Assembly: GCA_045106895.1 (NCBI GenBank)
Contig: JBGCFM010000149.1
Span: 1 to 64,000, forward strand
DNA: 64,000 bases
Source of the DNA: Polyangiales bacterium
Lineage (GTDB): Bacteria; Myxococcota_A; Polyangia; Polyangiales; Houyiibacteriaceae
Direction: 5' to 3'
This document shows, piece by piece, positions 46,541 to 56,555 of this stretch. Under the pieces are notes generated by a model. It made no database searches, was not told the DNA's origin, and saw nothing but the letters and a program-made list of their open reading frames with translations. Both the position numbers and the translations under genes were made by a program. How positions within the stretch are numbered: the first letter of the stretch is position 1; each line of letters opens with the position of its first letter.

Positions 46541-49384
46541 ATGGACGTTCGAAATCACCCCTACGCCGACTTCCTCCACCAAGTGAAGAAGCCCGCCCAG
46601 TACATCGGCGGCGAGCATGGAGAAAAGCGTAAGGACTGGGACAGCGTGTCGTGTCGCCTCTGCCTCGCGTTCCCCGACCTCTACGAGATCGGCATGAGCC
46701 ACCTCGGCTTTAAGATTCTCTACGGCATCGTGAACGGTCACGAAAAACTCCTCGCCGAACGGGCTTACGCGCCATGGGGGGACATGGAAGAGAAGCTCCG
46801 GGAGAACGAGCAGCCGCTGCGTAGCCTCGAGAGCTGGAGGCCGCTGTCCGATTTCGACATCGTCGGTTTCTCCCTGCAGTTTGAGCTCACCTACTCAAAC
46901 GTTCTCACCATGCTCGACTTGGGCGGCATCCCCCTTCGAAGCGCCGACCGCGACGAGAGCGATCCCCTCGTCGTTTGCGGAGGACCCGTCGCAACACACG
47001 CACAGCCGCTCTCCGGCTTCATCGACGTCTTCCTCATCGGTGATGGCGAGGAAAAAACCGCCGAGCTCATGCTCGCTTGGGCGCAACTTCGAGATGCGGG
47101 CGTTCCACGCCGTGAGCGTCTCATCGCTATCGCACAGCTCGGCGGCTTCTACGTGCCGAGCCTCTACGAGACGGTCCTCGACGAGGACACGCAGCTCTAC
47201 GTCGTGGAGAAGCCGCAGGAAGGCACGGACGCGCCCTACCCTGTGGAACGCGCCATCGTTCGCGACCTAAAGAAGTTCGACTTCCCCCACGATGGTCCCG
47301 TCGCAGCCACCGAGACGATCTTTGACCGCGTCTCCATCGAGGTCGCGCGCGGCTGCACGGAAGGCTGCCGTTTCTGCCAGGCCGGGATGATCTACCGGCC
47401 TGTGCGCGAGCGAGACCCAAAGGCCATCGTCGACACCATCGTGCGTGCCGTCAAAGAAGGCGGCTACGACGAAGCCTCGCTGACGAGTCTATCGACGGCG
47501 GACTACTCTGCCATCGAGCCCCTCGTTCATGACGTGATGCAGGCGCTCAAAGGCGAGCGTGTCAACGTCAGCGTCTCGTCGCTCCGGGCCTACGGGTTAA
47601 GCGAAGCGGTCCTCGACGATATGAAGACCCAGCGCGCCGGAGGACTGACTTTCGCGCCGGAAGCCGGCACCCAGCGCATGCGGGACGTGGTCAATAAGAA
47701 CGTCACCGAAGAACAGCTTATGGAGACCGCCGAGCGCGTGTTCTCGCGTGGCTGGAAGAAGATGAAGCTCTACTTCATGATCGGGCTCCCCACGGAGGAG
47801 GACGAGGACGTCATCGGCATCGCGCAGACCGGCGCTCGCGCCCTGGCCGTCGCCCACCGCACTCGCAAACGTCGGGACGCGAAGGTCACCGTGAGCGTCA
47901 GCAGCCATGTGCCCAAGCCGCACACGCCTTTTCAGTGGTGCGCGATGGACCCTCACGAAGAGATCGTTCGTAAACAGGGCCTCCTCCGCCGCGAGACACG
48001 AATGTCAAAGGTCTCCCTTCGTGTTCACGATTCGACGGGGAGCTGGCTCGAAGCAGTTCTGGCTCGAGGCGACCATCGGCTCACGGACGTCATTGAAGGC
48101 GCCTGGCGACGCGGCGCACGTTTCGACTCATGGCAAGAGCGCCTCAACCTTGAGGCTTGGGAGGAAGCCTTCGCCGACGCGGGCCTCGACCCCCACGCGA
48201 TGCTTGGCACCCTCCCCGTCAGCGCACGTCTGCCTTGGGACCATATCGATGTCGGCCTCGAGGAAGGGTTCCTCGCCAAGGAGTACCGAAAGGCGCTGAA
48301 GAACCGTCTCAGCCCGCCCTGTGGAAAGGTCGCCGGCACCTTCGTGCACCACACGAACTTGCAGGACGCAAGCGCGGACACCAAACGTCTAGTTTGCTAC
48401 GACTGCGGCGTCGCGTGTGACATGGGTAAGATGCGCAACGACCGGTTGATCTCCCTCGACCGACTCGGCGCCAAAGAGCCGCGCATCGCGCCATCCCTCG
48501 CGCGCCTCGAAGCGGGTGACACAGAAGCGGAACGTATCGCCGATGACCTCGCCCAGACGCCCAAGGGACGTGTGGAACAAGGACCGACTCAGCGCCTTCG
48601 AATCGGCTTCTCCAAGGTCGGCCGCATCGCCTTCAGCTCGCACCTCGACCTCGTCCGACTCTTTCCTCGTTGGTTCAGGCGCGTTGGCTTACCCATGTTC
48701 TGGTCCGAGGGGTACCACCCACGTGCTCAAATGATGTTCTCCCCCGCGTTGAGCCTCGGCATCAGCAGCACCGGCGAGTACGTCGACGTAAAGATCCGCC
48801 GCGACGACTTCGATGGGGACATTGAAGCGCTCTTGCCGAAGCTTCGCGAGGCCGCATTCGAAGGCATCGAGGTCTTCGGAGCCGTGGTCCTCGAAGACGG
48901 CGACCGAGCGCTTGGACGCATCCTCAATGAGAGCGTTTGGGTCGCAGCGCTACCGGTGAAAGCTCTCGCAGAGCGAGGTCTCGGAAGCGAAGAGGCGCTT
49001 CGCGCATTCGTCGCCGAGAAGCTTACGGGCCAGCTCACCGCCGTCCGTGAGCGAAAAGGCATCAAGCGGAACATCGACGTCTCCCGCGCGCTCCTCGACT
49101 GCGACGTCGGCGAAGGCCTCGAGACGCTCCGCGCCGCGGGTCTCGTCGGAGACTTCCTCTCGCTTCGCTTCACCACAGACATGGCCGCCGCTGGCACCGC
49201 GAAACCCACGGAGGTCCTTCGGGCCTTCTTTGGTGAGTTCCCCGCACGCATCGTTCGCGAAGGCGTCTTCGCCCGCGCAGAGGGACGACGCGTCTCCCCC
49301 CTCGACGTAGAACGCATGCGCAAGGTCGCCATTGAAGTGAGCGCGCTAAAGAACGGCCCCAAGAAATCTGAGCAGAGCGCATGA
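46541..49384 (+). CDS. TIGR03960-type radical SAM protein fused to a TIGR03936-type domain
   Basis: KPAQYIGGE, FPDLYEIGMS, RGCTEGCRFCQAG (CxxxCxxC), PKPHTPFQW; C-terminal SHLDL...SEGYHPR. Confidence 0.92.
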   Translation: MDVRNHPYADFLHQVKKPAQYIGGEHGEKRKDWDSVSCRLCLAFPDLYEIGMSHLGFKILYGIVNGHEKLLAERAYAPWGDMEEKLRENEQPLRSLESWRPLSDFDIVGFSLQFELTYSNVLTMLDLGGIPLRSADRDESDPLVVCGGPVATHAQPLSGFIDVFLIGDGEEKTAELMLAWAQLRDAGVPRRERLIAIAQLGGFYVPSLYETVLDEDTQLYVVEKPQEGTDAPYPVERAIVRDLKKFDFPHDGPVAATETIFDRVSIEVARGCTEGCRFCQAGMIYRPVRERDPKAIVDTIVRAVKEGGYDEASLTSLSTADYSAIEPLVHDVMQALKGERVNVSVSSLRAYGLSEAVLDDMKTQRAGGLTFAPEAGTQRMRDVVNKNVTEEQLMETAERVFSRGWKKMKLYFMIGLPTEEDEDVIGIAQTGARALAVAHRTRKRRDAKVTVSVSSHVPKPHTPFQWCAMDPHEEIVRKQGLLRRETRMSKVSLRVHDSTGSWLEAVLARGDHRLTDVIEGAWRRGARFDSWQERLNLEAWEEAFADAGLDPHAMLGTLPVSARLPWDHIDVGLEEGFLAKEYRKALKNRLSPPCGKVAGTFVHHTNLQDASADTKRLVCYDCGVACDMGKMRNDRLISLDRLGAKEPRIAPSLARLEAGDTEAERIADDLAQTPKGRVEQGPTQRLRIGFSKVGRIAFSSHLDLVRLFPRWFRRVGLPMFWSEGYHPRAQMMFSPALSLGISSTGEYVDVKIRRDDFDGDIEALLPKLREAAFEGIEVFGAVVLEDGDRALGRILNESVWVAALPVKALAERGLGSEEALRAFVAEKLTGQLTAVRERKGIKRNIDVSRALLDCDVGEGLETLRAAGLVGDFLSLRFTTDMAAAGTAKPTEVLRAFFGEFPARIVREGVFARAEGRRVSPLDVERMRKVAIEVSALKNGPKKSEQSA

Positions 49385-49998
49385 ACCTCGACTACCTCAA
49401 GAGCCTCGTCAAAAGCGGACTCGATTCCGCGAAATCACGCTTGGACGATGTGGCCCCCGTGGCGAACGCTCGAAAAGCCCTCCGCGAACTGACGACCCAA
49501 GGCGCGACGCTAAGCGAACCGGAGCTGACGAAAGCCATCTCGCAAACCGCCGGTGTGACGGAGATGTCCGTCACGGCACGTCGCGGCGCGCTTCAGATTC
49601 AAGCAAGCTTCGAAGACTACGAGCCGCTGAGCTGCGAGATTTCCGTCGAGGCTATTCGCTTTGCACCACGCGGGGCGAAGGAGATGATCTTCCGCGTCGC
49701 CCCTGAAGAGTGCGCGTCCCATCGGGGCGCGCGCGCCGTCGTGGGCACCCTCGCGAGCCTCATCGCCGGCTCACTCTGGGCCATGGTTTTGGGCCCATGG
49801 GACGGCAACGGAGACGCCATCGTCGACCGAGATGGTCCGGGCCTCTTTCGCGTGGACCTGCGCAGCGTGCCTTCCGTGCGCGAAGCGATTCGAAAGGGAG
49901 CCAGCGCGATGGTCATCGACACGCTGATGCTCGGCGATGTGACGGCGGAGAGCGAAACATTGCGCTTGCGATTCCGTCTCCCGGGAATGATCGGCTAA
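49381..49998 (+). CDS. hypothetical protein
   Basis: ATGA coupling to the radical SAM gene; coding-like composition. Confidence 0.7.
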   Translation: MNLDYLKSLVKSGLDSAKSRLDDVAPVANARKALRELTTQGATLSEPELTKAISQTAGVTEMSVTARRGALQIQASFEDYEPLSCEISVEAIRFAPRGAKEMIFRVAPEECASHRGARAVVGTLASLIAGSLWAMVLGPWDGNGDAIVDRDGPGLFRVDLRSVPSVREAIRKGASAMVIDTLMLGDVTAESETLRLRFRLPGMIG

Positions 49999-50018
49999 CG
50001 CGTCCGCTCCCTTCGCCG

Positions 50019-51848
50019 CTACGCGTCTAGCTCTCGATAAGACTCAGCCTGCATGCCGAAGAGTTCGGCGTAACGGCCATCTTCGGCGATGAGCGCTGCG
50101 TGGTCGCCTCGCTCGGTGATCTTTCCGCCTTCGAGCAGGAGAATTTCGTCGGCGTCGCGAAGCGCCGAGAGCCGGTGAGCCGCGATGAGCGTAACGCACC
50201 GGCCACGGAGCGACTCGACCTCGTCGAAGAGTGCCTGCTCCGCCTCTGGATCGAGCGCCGCCGTCGGTTCATCAAGCACGACGAGGCTGGCCTGCGTGCG
50301 AAGAAAGGCACGCGCGATGGCGAGCTTCTGCCATTGGCCACCACTGAGGTCGACGCCGCCCGGAAAAGAACGCCCCAAGCGTGTCTCGTACCCAGCATCC
50401 AAGGCTTCGATGAACCCGTGAGCACCTGCGCGCGTCGCCGCTTCGTGGCGTTGCTCCACGCTCTTGTCCGTGTCCCCGAGCCCGATGCCTTCATCGATGG
50501 TGAGTTTGAAACGCGCGAAGTCCTGAAAAGTCGCCGCGCGCCGTTCCGCCAGCAGCTCCGGGGGCCAATCCTGCAGGTCAACGCCGTCGAGGAGCACGTG
50601 TCCCTCGTCGGGCTCAAGGAGGCCTAGCGCGAGCTTCAGGAGCGTGGACTTGCCCGAACCGTTGTGTCCCACGAGTCCAAGAACCTGCCCCGCGCCGACC
50701 TGGAAGGAGACGTCGTCCAGCGCCGCGTCTTGCGTCCCCGGGTAGCGATAGGTCACGCCTTCGAAACGTAGCCCTGCCTCTTCGCTTCGCGGCGGCATCG
50801 ACAGACGCTGCACCACCGCAGCGTCAACGCTAGGCTCGGCCGTTGCTTCCGGAAGCACCTCGAGGAGGTCGGCTAGGTAGAGTCGGTCATGCACCACGCC
50901 GGCGATGTCCGTCAGCAAGGTCTGAGTCGCGTTCTGGGCCTGTCGGAACACGACGAGGGCCATCGACATCACGCCTAGGCTCACCTCGCCGGCGACGGCC
51001 TGCTGCACCGTGACCAGGTAGGCGCCGTAGACAGCGACGGTCCCGAGACCTAGCCAGGCGCCGGTGGAGAGTCCTTCACGCTTGGCGAGGTGCGCTTCCG
51101 CTCGGTAGATTTCATCGCTCATGGCCACGAAGCGCGCGCGGAGAGCGGGGGCGAACCCGAGAACGCGGACTTCCTTCGCGAACCCTTCACGTGTCAACAC
51201 GTTCTCGAGGTAGCCGAGTTCGCGTCGACGGACGACCTGTTCGGCGGCGAGGTCATGGAGGCGTCTCGCGAAACGCACCTGAGCCACAAAAGCGGGGACG
51301 TTTGCCAAGAGAACCACCACAATCGCCCACGGGCTCACCTGCATCAGCAGCAGCGCCGAGGCGACGACGACGATGGCGCCGCGCATTGTGCCAAGACTGT
51401 GCTGCATGAAGAGCCCCGGCCGCGTCGCCGCTTGGCGTCGCGCGAGCTCAATGCGGTCATGCGTCTCCGGCTCTTCCATGCGCGCCAAGGAGAGCCGTGT
51501 CGCCTCGCCAATGATGCGTTCCCGAATACGCTCCGCAACGCGGAGGCCAACAAGGTGGCGCGTCACATGCTGCGTGCGCGTGGCCAAGAGAAGCCCAAGC
51601 ATGGCGCAGGCTTCAATGACCAAAAAGAACAGGGCGTTCTCTTCCGCCTGCAGGAGTGTGCTCGACAGAGCATCCGCGCGCTGAGCGCTCTCGACGGCGT
51701 CGATGATGCGCTTCCCGAGCCAAGCGACGAGCGCGGGCAAGACCCCGGACGCCGCCGTCGCGAAGAGCAGACCCAACGTCAGCCGTGGACTGGCCCGCCA
51801 GATCTCCTTGGCCATCCGCCGAGCGACCGGCACGCGTGCGCGGGACAC
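50019..51848 (-). CDS. ABC transporter, fused permease/ATPase (exporter type)
   Basis: TM domain; Walker A GHNGSGKST; signature LSGGQWQ; Walker B VVLDEPT; H-loop AHRL. Confidence 0.95.
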   Translation of the reverse strand: MSRARVPVARRMAKEIWRASPRLTLGLLFATAASGVLPALVAWLGKRIIDAVESAQRADALSSTLLQAEENALFFLVIEACAMLGLLLATRTQHVTRHLVGLRVAERIRERIIGEATRLSLARMEEPETHDRIELARRQAATRPGLFMQHSLGTMRGAIVVVASALLLMQVSPWAIVVVLLANVPAFVAQVRFARRLHDLAAEQVVRRRELGYLENVLTREGFAKEVRVLGFAPALRARFVAMSDEIYRAEAHLAKREGLSTGAWLGLGTVAVYGAYLVTVQQAVAGEVSLGVMSMALVVFRQAQNATQTLLTDIAGVVHDRLYLADLLEVLPEATAEPSVDAAVVQRLSMPPRSEEAGLRFEGVTYRYPGTQDAALDDVSFQVGAGQVLGLVGHNGSGKSTLLKLALGLLEPDEGHVLLDGVDLQDWPPELLAERRAATFQDFARFKLTIDEGIGLGDTDKSVEQRHEAATRAGAHGFIEALDAGYETRLGRSFPGGVDLSGGQWQKLAIARAFLRTQASLVVLDEPTAALDPEAEQALFDEVESLRGRCVTLIAAHRLSALRDADEILLLEGGKITERGDHAALIAEDGRYAELFGMQAESYRELDA

Positions 51849-53224
51849 TAGTCGCCCACTTCGAGCTGGGCGAGGCGCTTGGAGATCACTCCGCCTCTGT
51901 GCGGGAACGGCTCGCTCGGAATGGGCACGCCGAGGAAGTCACAGAGTGGCTCCCACCCTGCTCCGCTCGTTACGGGCAACTCGAGGAAGTCATCGCGCCC
52001 GGCGAAGTGCTCTCGCACACGTCGGACGTGCTCCTCGTGAACCCACGCAAAACGTTTCGGCTCGAAGTCGTAGCAGCCATAGGTCGAGGCCCGTAGCAGG
52101 CGGCGGATACCAAGGTGGACGTCCCCCTTGGTTGGGTCGTTGTGCGCAGGACGGCCGCTCCAATGGTTCTTCGCCGAGCGGAGCCACGACTCTATGGGGC
52201 GCGTGGTGAGGACGAACTTGCTACCGGGGTACTGGGCGTCGAGCTGCGCGTAGTAGGGCGACGCTGTGATGTCCGTGAGGCCATCAAAGTGGTCGAGGAA
52301 ATCGAAACGACCATCGCCCCGCTCCAGGTCACGCAACGTCTGTTCGTCAGTCGGGTAGTGAAGCGTGTCGAATCCGAGCACGTGGAGCGCCGCCGTCAGA
52401 CTTCGCGTCCCGGTTCGGGAGAGTCCTAGTCCGAAGACTTTGTGTGGTTGGACCGTCGGGATCCTGGAGGCCGTCGCCTCGGCCTCATCCCGCGTAAGCG
52501 GCGCTTGAAGAGGCAAGTCCAGCTTCGCCAACTGCTCGCTTGCGAGCACAGGCAAACGCCGGATGTACTCCGCCACCACTTCGGTGGACGTGTGAACCGC
52601 CACGTGTTTGCGCGTGTACTCGACGGCGTGACGCGCCACACGATAGTCCCCAGATTCATCCCAGCGCGCCATCGCTCCTTCGAGGCGAGCGCGCTGTTTC
52701 TCGGTTCGGCTTCGAAGTTCCCGAAGTGCGTATTTCTCCCAAATCGACGCAAAACTCTGGTGGTGATCATGCAGGATGCGAAAACCCTTAAAACGTTTTC
52801 CGCCTGCGAACTTCTGGAGCGCAAAGTTTCGCAGGCGTGACTCGGGACGCAGAACGTAGGCGTGGTCGTCCGTGGGAGGCGGGACCCGCTTCATCTCATT
52901 GACCACATCGATGCGGGTGATGTGCACGCCGCAGTGAATGCGTCCTCGAAAACGGTCCCACACGTAGGAGTCGACGTAGGGCGCCGTGTTCCAGTCGAGG
53001 AAGGGCCGCATATCCTCAAAGATGAGGCAATCCGCGTCCATGTGAACGACGACGTCGCAGTCGTGCTCAATCTGAAGCATCTGGCCCACGGCGGCCGAGA
53101 AAGGCTTCACGTTTTCGATAACGTGAACGCGCTGCGGGCGAATGTGCTCCTTGGCAAGCTCCAAGGCCAAGGCGCTCGTGCGCTCACCCACGCTGCGAAA
53201 TACAAGCTCCACGCGCCTACTCAT
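51848..53224 (-). CDS. fusion of a GT-A-like N-terminal domain and a sulfotransferase domain
   Basis: N-terminal VVHMDADC (DxD); C-terminal KVFGLGLSRTGTRSL PAPS loop, KFVLTTR..ESWLRS, GWEPLCDFLG...FPH. Confidence 0.8.
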   Translation of the reverse strand: MSRRVELVFRSVGERTSALALELAKEHIRPQRVHVIENVKPFSAAVGQMLQIEHDCDVVVHMDADCLIFEDMRPFLDWNTAPYVDSYVWDRFRGRIHCGVHITRIDVVNEMKRVPPPTDDHAYVLRPESRLRNFALQKFAGGKRFKGFRILHDHHQSFASIWEKYALRELRSRTEKQRARLEGAMARWDESGDYRVARHAVEYTRKHVAVHTSTEVVAEYIRRLPVLASEQLAKLDLPLQAPLTRDEAEATASRIPTVQPHKVFGLGLSRTGTRSLTAALHVLGFDTLHYPTDEQTLRDLERGDGRFDFLDHFDGLTDITASPYYAQLDAQYPGSKFVLTTRPIESWLRSAKNHWSGRPAHNDPTKGDVHLGIRRLLRASTYGCYDFEPKRFAWVHEEHVRRVREHFAGRDDFLELPVTSGAGWEPLCDFLGVPIPSEPFPHRGGVISKRLAQLEVGD

Positions 53225-54039
53225 GATGAGCTCTCCATCTTCTCGTCGAACGCGTAGTCGGCGTTGTTCACGCCCACGATGGCGTTGAACACGTCGAGCG
53301 CGTCGGGCTTCATCTCTTGACGCCAGCGTAAATCCAGAACGACCCCCCCTGGGTGATCGCGGTAGTAGTCCCCGTGCCGAGAACCAACTTCGGGTGACGT
53401 CGCTGCATTCACGAGAAGTGACTGGGTCCCATTGTTGCCGCCCAGCGGGTGCTGCTCACTCTCCTCGAATCGCAACATGTCGTCGTCGTACTCGATTCCC
53501 AGCGTTGCGGCGATGGCCCGAAGAGTCGCCTCCGGCTGCTGCGCCAGGTCCTCGTAAGCCACGCGGATTTTGGGTCCCTCGAAGGCTTCAAAGAAGGCCT
53601 CACATGCGCTCACCTGCGTCAGCCAGTCGTTCACTTGAGTCTCAATGCTGAGCTCGGGGTACTTTCGAAGGCGAGAGTTCACGACGGCTCGGCCATCGCG
53701 CGTCAGAAAAACCAACGCCCCACGCGACTCGCTGACGCGCGCCTGAACCCACGTGAGGTTCTTCGTCGAGTCCACGATCAAAGCCGCGCCGGTTCGCTCG
53801 CGCAGGCGACGATAGAGGGCGTCCGCGTTGATTCCGTCGAGCTCCCCCCAGACTTTGCACGTGGGCCCGCAGAGTTTGCACTCGCGCTTGCGCTTCGGCT
53901 TCGTGGGGTCGCCGAGGAACACAGACTTCTTTGCCTCCCCGGCGTAGAACACCCGTGAGTGCGCTCCGAGCATCATGCCCAAGAGCGTCGAGCCGGAGTG
54001 CCCCGCTCCAATGATCCAGGTGGCCTCTAGTTCTGCCAT
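53221..54039 (-). CDS. sulfotransferase family protein
   Basis: IGAGHSGSTLL 5'-PSB loop; VDSTK; LTRDGRAVVNS 3'-PB motif; YEDL. Confidence 0.9.
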   Translation of the reverse strand: MAELEATWIIGAGHSGSTLLGMMLGAHSRVFYAGEAKKSVFLGDPTKPKRKRECKLCGPTCKVWGELDGINADALYRRLRERTGAALIVDSTKNLTWVQARVSESRGALVFLTRDGRAVVNSRLRKYPELSIETQVNDWLTQVSACEAFFEAFEGPKIRVAYEDLAQQPEATLRAIAATLGIEYDDDMLRFEESEQHPLGGNNGTQSLLVNAATSPEVGSRHGDYYRDHPGGVVLDLRWRQEMKPDALDVFNAIVGVNNADYAFDEKMESSS

Positions 54040-55697
54040 TGGCGTGAGCGTGCGACGTCGGCGCGATAAGCTTGAACCATCGCGATTGTTGTATCTTCGT
54101 CCCAGCCAAGGAGCTCCGCGAGCTGCTGCCCGACGGCCTCCGCCGCCCCGAGCCCCTGATCCTCGTCACGGTAGAAGAGCTGTGTCCGGCGAATCATGAT
54201 GTCGCTGACCGTGGCCGCGAACTCTTCGTTCACCGCCCACTCGACCTGAGCGCGAACCTCGACGCGGCCTTCGACGAGAGGCGTCGCCAAGCTGGCGTCG
54301 GCGGCGATGGTCTCCGCCAGAGGGATCGCCCGCATTCCGTAGGTGTCGGCCAGGTGCCGCGCGCAGCGCGCGTCGAGGTGACCTCCCGCGGCTTTTTCGA
54401 CGCTTGCGGCGACCTTCTCGTGGTCGTCATCGTCGGGCCACCCTTGACCGCCGGGCAGCGGGTCATGCTCCGTGCGGGCGGGCTTGCTCTTCTTCCTTCT
54501 GCCACTCAAGCGGAGAAGCTGTTCCGCGCGGTCGACGACCTCCGCGGACATCCGGCGGTACGTCGTCAGCTTGCCGCCGGCGATGGTGAGAAGACCGTTT
54601 CGTCCAACCAGGATCTCATGTTCACGACTGACGGCGGACTCGTCGACGCCGTCCCCAGCGGGCGCAACCAAAGGTCGGAGGCCGGCCCACGTCGCGATGA
54701 CGTCGCTCTTCTTCAGTTGGTGCTGTGGAAAATGATAGTTCGCGGCGTCGATGAGGTACTCGACGTCCTCCGCCGTCGCGGCCACGTCACCCGGAGCGCC
54801 GGTATAGTCCGTGTCTGTGGTGCCAACATAGGCGCGGTCGCCCCAAGGCAGCGCAAAGAGCACGCGTTCATCTTCGGGGTGAAAACAGACCACGGCGTGT
54901 TTGACCGGAAGCTTCGCCGCATCGACGACGATGTGTACGCCCTTCGTCGGCCGCAGGACGTCCCGAGGCGCCTGACCGGGCACCGGGCTGAGCGCGCGGA
55001 CGGCGTCGGTCCACGGCCCCGTCGCGTTGATGACGACGCCGGCACGGATGGACTTGTTCTCGCCACCCTCAAGGTGGTCACTTACCTCCGCGCCACAGAC
55101 GCGACCGCGCTCGTCCAATAGAAAGCGCTCCACCTTGGCGCCAGTCGCGATCACGGCGCCTTGGTGTGCCGCGTCGATGGCCGTCTCCAAGGTGAGGCGC
55201 GCGTCGTCCGTTGAGCAATCGTAGTAAAGCGGCGCGCCGGTCAGGCCTTCTTGCTTCAGTGTGGGCTCGCGTTCGGCGACGTCGCCGGGTCCAAGGTTCT
55301 TGTGGATCTTTGGCGAACGAAAGAGTGAAAGGCCGTCGTAGAGCCACATGCCGGCGTTGATGAGCCAGCGCTTCTGACGGGCGCCTTTGTAGACCGGGAA
55401 AAGAAACGCCAATGGGTTCACGAGGTGAGGCGCGAGGTCCATCAGGATGCGGCGTTCACTGACGCTCTCGAAGACCATGCCGAACTCATAGTGTTCGAGG
55501 TAACGAAGCCCGCCGTGCACAAGCTTACTGGACCGTGATGAGGTCCCGTAGGCGAGGTCGTTCATCTCGACCAACGCGGTCGTGTATCCGCGCCGGGCGG
55601 CATCCCGAGCGATGCCCGCTCCGGTGATCCCTCCGCCCACAATGAGCACATCCACGTCTTCGCCGAGGCGCTCCCACATCTGCTTCCGCTTAGCCAT
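54027..55697 (-). CDS. glpD: FAD-dependent glycerol-3-phosphate dehydrogenase
   Basis: IVGGGITGAG, GTSSRSSKLVHGGLRYL, INATGPW, AGLRPL, IAGGKLTTYR. Confidence 0.95.
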   Translation of the reverse strand: MAKRKQMWERLGEDVDVLIVGGGITGAGIARDAARRGYTTALVEMNDLAYGTSSRSSKLVHGGLRYLEHYEFGMVFESVSERRILMDLAPHLVNPLAFLFPVYKGARQKRWLINAGMWLYDGLSLFRSPKIHKNLGPGDVAEREPTLKQEGLTGAPLYYDCSTDDARLTLETAIDAAHQGAVIATGAKVERFLLDERGRVCGAEVSDHLEGGENKSIRAGVVINATGPWTDAVRALSPVPGQAPRDVLRPTKGVHIVVDAAKLPVKHAVVCFHPEDERVLFALPWGDRAYVGTTDTDYTGAPGDVAATAEDVEYLIDAANYHFPQHQLKKSDVIATWAGLRPLVAPAGDGVDESAVSREHEILVGRNGLLTIAGGKLTTYRRMSAEVVDRAEQLLRLSGRRKKSKPARTEHDPLPGGQGWPDDDDHEKVAASVEKAAGGHLDARCARHLADTYGMRAIPLAETIAADASLATPLVEGRVEVRAQVEWAVNEEFAATVSDIMIRRTQLFYRDEDQGLGAAEAVGQQLAELLGWDEDTTIAMVQAYRADVARSRQWQN

Positions 55698-55797
55698 CAC
55701 AGCTAGATAGCAGCGTTCGGCGAGACTCGCGACGTGCAAGTGATGAAGTACTTCGGAGCTGCTTGCGCATCGATCTTCTGGGCCCCATCGTCGTCAA

Positions 55798-56424
55798 ATG
55801 ACTGGGACAAAACCCGTGGCGGAGAACATTACGTGGCATCAGGGCGAGGTTCGCCGGAGCGATCGCGAAGAGGCCCGGGGACACCGTGGTGGCGTAATTT
55901 GGCTAACGGGGCTGAGCGGCTCCGGCAAAAGCACACTCGGCTCACGTCTCGAAGGGGCGCTTCACGCCCGCGGAGTTCAGGTCTACGTACTCGACGGGGA
56001 CAACGTCCGCCATGGGCTCTGCGCCGATCTCGGCTTCGCTCCGGAGGACCGTCAGGAGAACATCCGCCGCGTCGGCGAAGTGGCCAAGCTCTTCGTCGAC
56101 TCCGGCACCCTCGTGATCTCTGCGTTCATCTCTCCCTACCGGGCCGATCGCGCCAAGGTCCGAAGCACCCTCGGCGAGGGCGACTTCATCGAGGTACACG
56201 TCGCCGCGGACCTCGCCACGTGCGAAGTTCGAGACCCCAAAGGGCTCTACAAGAAAGCACGGGCCGGAGAGATCAAAGGGTTCACCGGCATCGACGCGCC
56301 GTATGAAGCCCCCGAGTCACCGGAGCTGCGCATCGATACCAGCGATGACACGCCGGAAGAGTCGGCTTCTCGCGTGTTGAGCTACCTCGAAGAGCACGGC
56401 TACCTGAGCGGCGAGACTCAGTAA
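55798..56424 (+). CDS. cysC: adenylyl-sulfate kinase
   Basis: [43 protein letters not shown]. Confidence 0.97.
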   Translation: MTGTKPVAENITWHQGEVRRSDREEARGHRGGVIWLTGLSGSGKSTLGSRLEGALHARGVQVYVLDGDNVRHGLCADLGFAPEDRQENIRRVGEVAKLFVDSGTLVISAFISPYRADRAKVRSTLGEGDFIEVHVAADLATCEVRDPKGLYKKARAGEIKGFTGIDAPYEAPESPELRIDTSDDTPEESASRVLSYLEEHGYLSGETQ

Positions 56425-56508
56425 GGACGCTGCTTCACTTTAGGGCGCTCTGCACGCGATCGATGCAGTCCTTCGCCCGCGACCCACCGTTTCTCTCGGG
56501 TTCTGCCC

Positions 56509-56524
56509 TGGCACGCCTCGTGCT
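56509..56524 (+). promoter_or_regulatory. sigma-54 (-24/-12) promoter candidate
   Basis: TGGCACGCCTCGTGCT = GG-N10-GC with a perfect TGGCAC, 31 nt before an ATG that has a GAAGGAG RBS. Confidence 0.65.
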
Positions 56525-56555
56525 CTATCTCCGCGCAACAGACGAAGGAGAGTCA

